Source of the DNA: Malacoraja senta
Lineage: Eukaryota
Reading direction: 5' to 3'
DNA length: 64,000 nucleotides
NCBI GenBank assembly: GCA_038087875.1
Contig: JAXLNO010005869.1
Coordinates: 248,001 to 312,000 of the forward strand
The notes beneath the pieces were generated by a model. That model was not told where the DNA came from and made no database searches. It saw nothing but the letters and a program-made list of their open reading frames with translations. Below are positions 62,241 to 64,000 of this stretch, one piece after another. The translations under genes were made by a program, and so were the position numbers. Numbering within the stretch: the stretch's first letter is position 1; every line of letters begins with the position of its first letter.

Positions 62241-62564
62241 TTCCAGCAGCCACTGGTTGTCCTCCAGGATGCACCGAGCCGCAGCCTGATCCATGCCGGT
62301 TACCTGGGCGAATTCGGCACAGAGACTCTCACGGCAGCGGCGCAACGCTTTCGAGGCCACCGACGGCCCGGGGCTCTTGAACTGAGGCTGCTCCATGGCT
62401 GGAGTGCAAGCCTCTGACGGCCCTGAGGCTTGCACTGAGGCTGCTCCATGGCCGGAGCTGCAGCGAGTGACTCGCCAGTCCGGCAAACGCTCGCCACCCC
62501 GGCAAACACTCGCCAGCTCCGGCTCCCTGTCCGCATCTGTCCCCACCACTGCTTCTGCTTCCAT
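62241..62564 (-). pseudogene. TDP2: Orphan TDP2-like exon 1 (N-terminal UBA-like domain)
   Basis: RRCRESLCAEFAQVTGMDQAAARCILEDNQWLLE aligns with recalled TDP2 KKRRLLCVEFASVASCDAAVAQCFLAENDWEME; phase-0 donor GTAAGT at 62240-62235; no catalytic-domain exons recognised in the window. Confidence 0.75.
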
Positions 62565-62594
62565 CCCTCCCTCAGCCCTGGCTCATGCAGTTTT

Positions 62595-62719
62595 GAATTT
62601 TTCATTGATCACATAATTTCTCACGACAGAGCGTGAGAAATTTGTGATCAGCGTGAGAGCGTGAGTATTTGGCCAAATGCGTGATTCTCACGCTCGATGC
62701 GTGAGAGTTAGCAGCCCTG
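62595..62719 (-). mobile_element. hAT-type transposon terminus with subterminal repeats, abutting the TDP2-like exon
   Basis: Minus strand begins CAGGGCTGCTAACTCTCACGC at 62719; GCGTGAG/CTCACG motifs repeated in both orientations; directly adjoins a cut CR1 fragment (about 62720-63020). Confidence 0.7.
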
Positions 62720-63369
62720 CTATGCCTCTCATAATTTTATAAATTTCTTCCTGATCCCCCCCACCCCCCCAGCCTCTGATGCTCCAGAGGAAACAATCCA
62801 TGTTTCTCCAACCTCTCTTTTTAGTTAATACTCTCCAATTTAGGTAATATCCTGATGAACCTCTTCTGCACGCTCTCCAAAGTTTTATACAACTGTACCA
62901 ATGATGGCAAGTATGTTACAAACCTTCTGTACCATCCCATTTACTTGTGTTGCCACTTTCAGTGAGCATTGGACTTTCACTGCAAGATCCCTCTACTTCA
63001 ATGTTCCCAAGAGTTCTGCCTCAGTAAATTGACTTGGAGACTACTATCGAATTTCTCTAAGTGTCAAACTCTTGTCTAGTAGGTCAAAATGACTCATCAT
63101 TCTAATTAGGAAAATGAAATAGTTGAGGCATGTCCTTCACCTACAACAGTACTGATATCTTTAAAAAAAAAAAATTCTTGCTACTGAGTATTTCCATTAA
63201 CTTTAATGGACATTAATACATCAAAGTGATATGTGAGACATTTAAAAGGTGCCCAACCCTGGAAGGGAACTATTTCCAGTGATGAGTATTTCCATGTGCT
63301 TACTGGGTTCAGAACTTGGCAAGCAAAATTAAGCTAGCCATCCTTGTGTCGTGAGCTTTATATTGTACA

Positions 63370-64000
63370 CTAGACTAAGTGGGACCCATTGGGTCCCAGC
63401 TTCACACAGGAGGGCTGGTCCCCTAACACAATATTCCACCTCTCCACCAATTTCAAGATTACTGGCCAGTGTGGAGGGGGGGGGGGCTTTCTGGAGCACT
63501 AGTATGAGTGTTGTGGGCTGAAGGGATTGGTTTCCAGAGGGCTAGTATGGACATTGTGGGCCGAATGGATTCTTGGGCTAACAGCTCAGTCACTCAAGCC
63601 TGGTGTGCTGGCAGCTCACTCACGGCTGGTGGGCTGGCAGTTGACTCACGGCTATTCCTTGAAATGCCACTTCAAGCAGGGTGCAAGGCCACCAAACTCG
63701 AGTGCAGTTCCCTGCCACTTCAAGCAGGGTTCAAGGCCACCAAACTCCTGCAAACCAACCACATTTGCCTTTGCAAACCAACCACATTTGCCTTTGCAAA
63801 CCAACCACATTTGCCTTTGCAAATTTCATTTTCAAACCACATTAAGGGCACTCACAGGTCAGTAAAACCACACTTACAGTTTAGTAGACATGTGTTCAGT
63901 TGATTCATAGCTCAGACAGAGAGCTGTGACCTCTCGCTCCCCCATCTTGCAGCGACTGAGGCACGTCCACACTTCCGGGTTTAATAGCCACTCCCCCCTC
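63370..64000 (-). mobile_element. Non-autonomous Helitron (copy D), 3' part; runs off the window
   Basis: CTAG at 63370-63373 with flanking T on the minus strand; palindrome TGGGACCCA-T-TGGGTCCCA at 63380-63398; about two 48-bp units and a 23-bp repeat at 63751, 63774 and 63797. Confidence 0.88.

Overview
Repeat-rich vertebrate DNA. The repeat content (CR1 and Rex1/Babar LINEs, GIY-YIG Penelope-like elements, HE1-type V-SINEs, a Deu-SINE) points to a cartilaginous fish, probably a skate or ray; this is inference. The only host coding sequence I can support is the last coding exon of PLCL2 (16253-16495, +), which the ORF track misses. That makes 1-16252 probably its last intron and most of the rest 3'UTR plus intergenic DNA. 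The window also holds a decayed full-length Buster/Charlie hAT transposon with an 8-bp TSD, two TIR elements with 7-bp TSDs (one keeps a phased CCAAT array), PIF/Harbinger MITEs and four non-autonomous Helitrons with copy-specific minisatellites. Many Penelope pLTR pieces carry minimal hammerhead ribozyme cores, and two of these form palindromes. The most unexpected feature is an orphan TDP2 exon 1 (UBA-like domain, splice donor intact) about 150 bp inside a hAT-type terminus, which suggests transposon capture of a DNA-repair gene fragment. There is a 200-N gap at 8869-9068. Family names come from motif recognition and recalled sequences, not database searches, and boundaries of old repeats are approximate.
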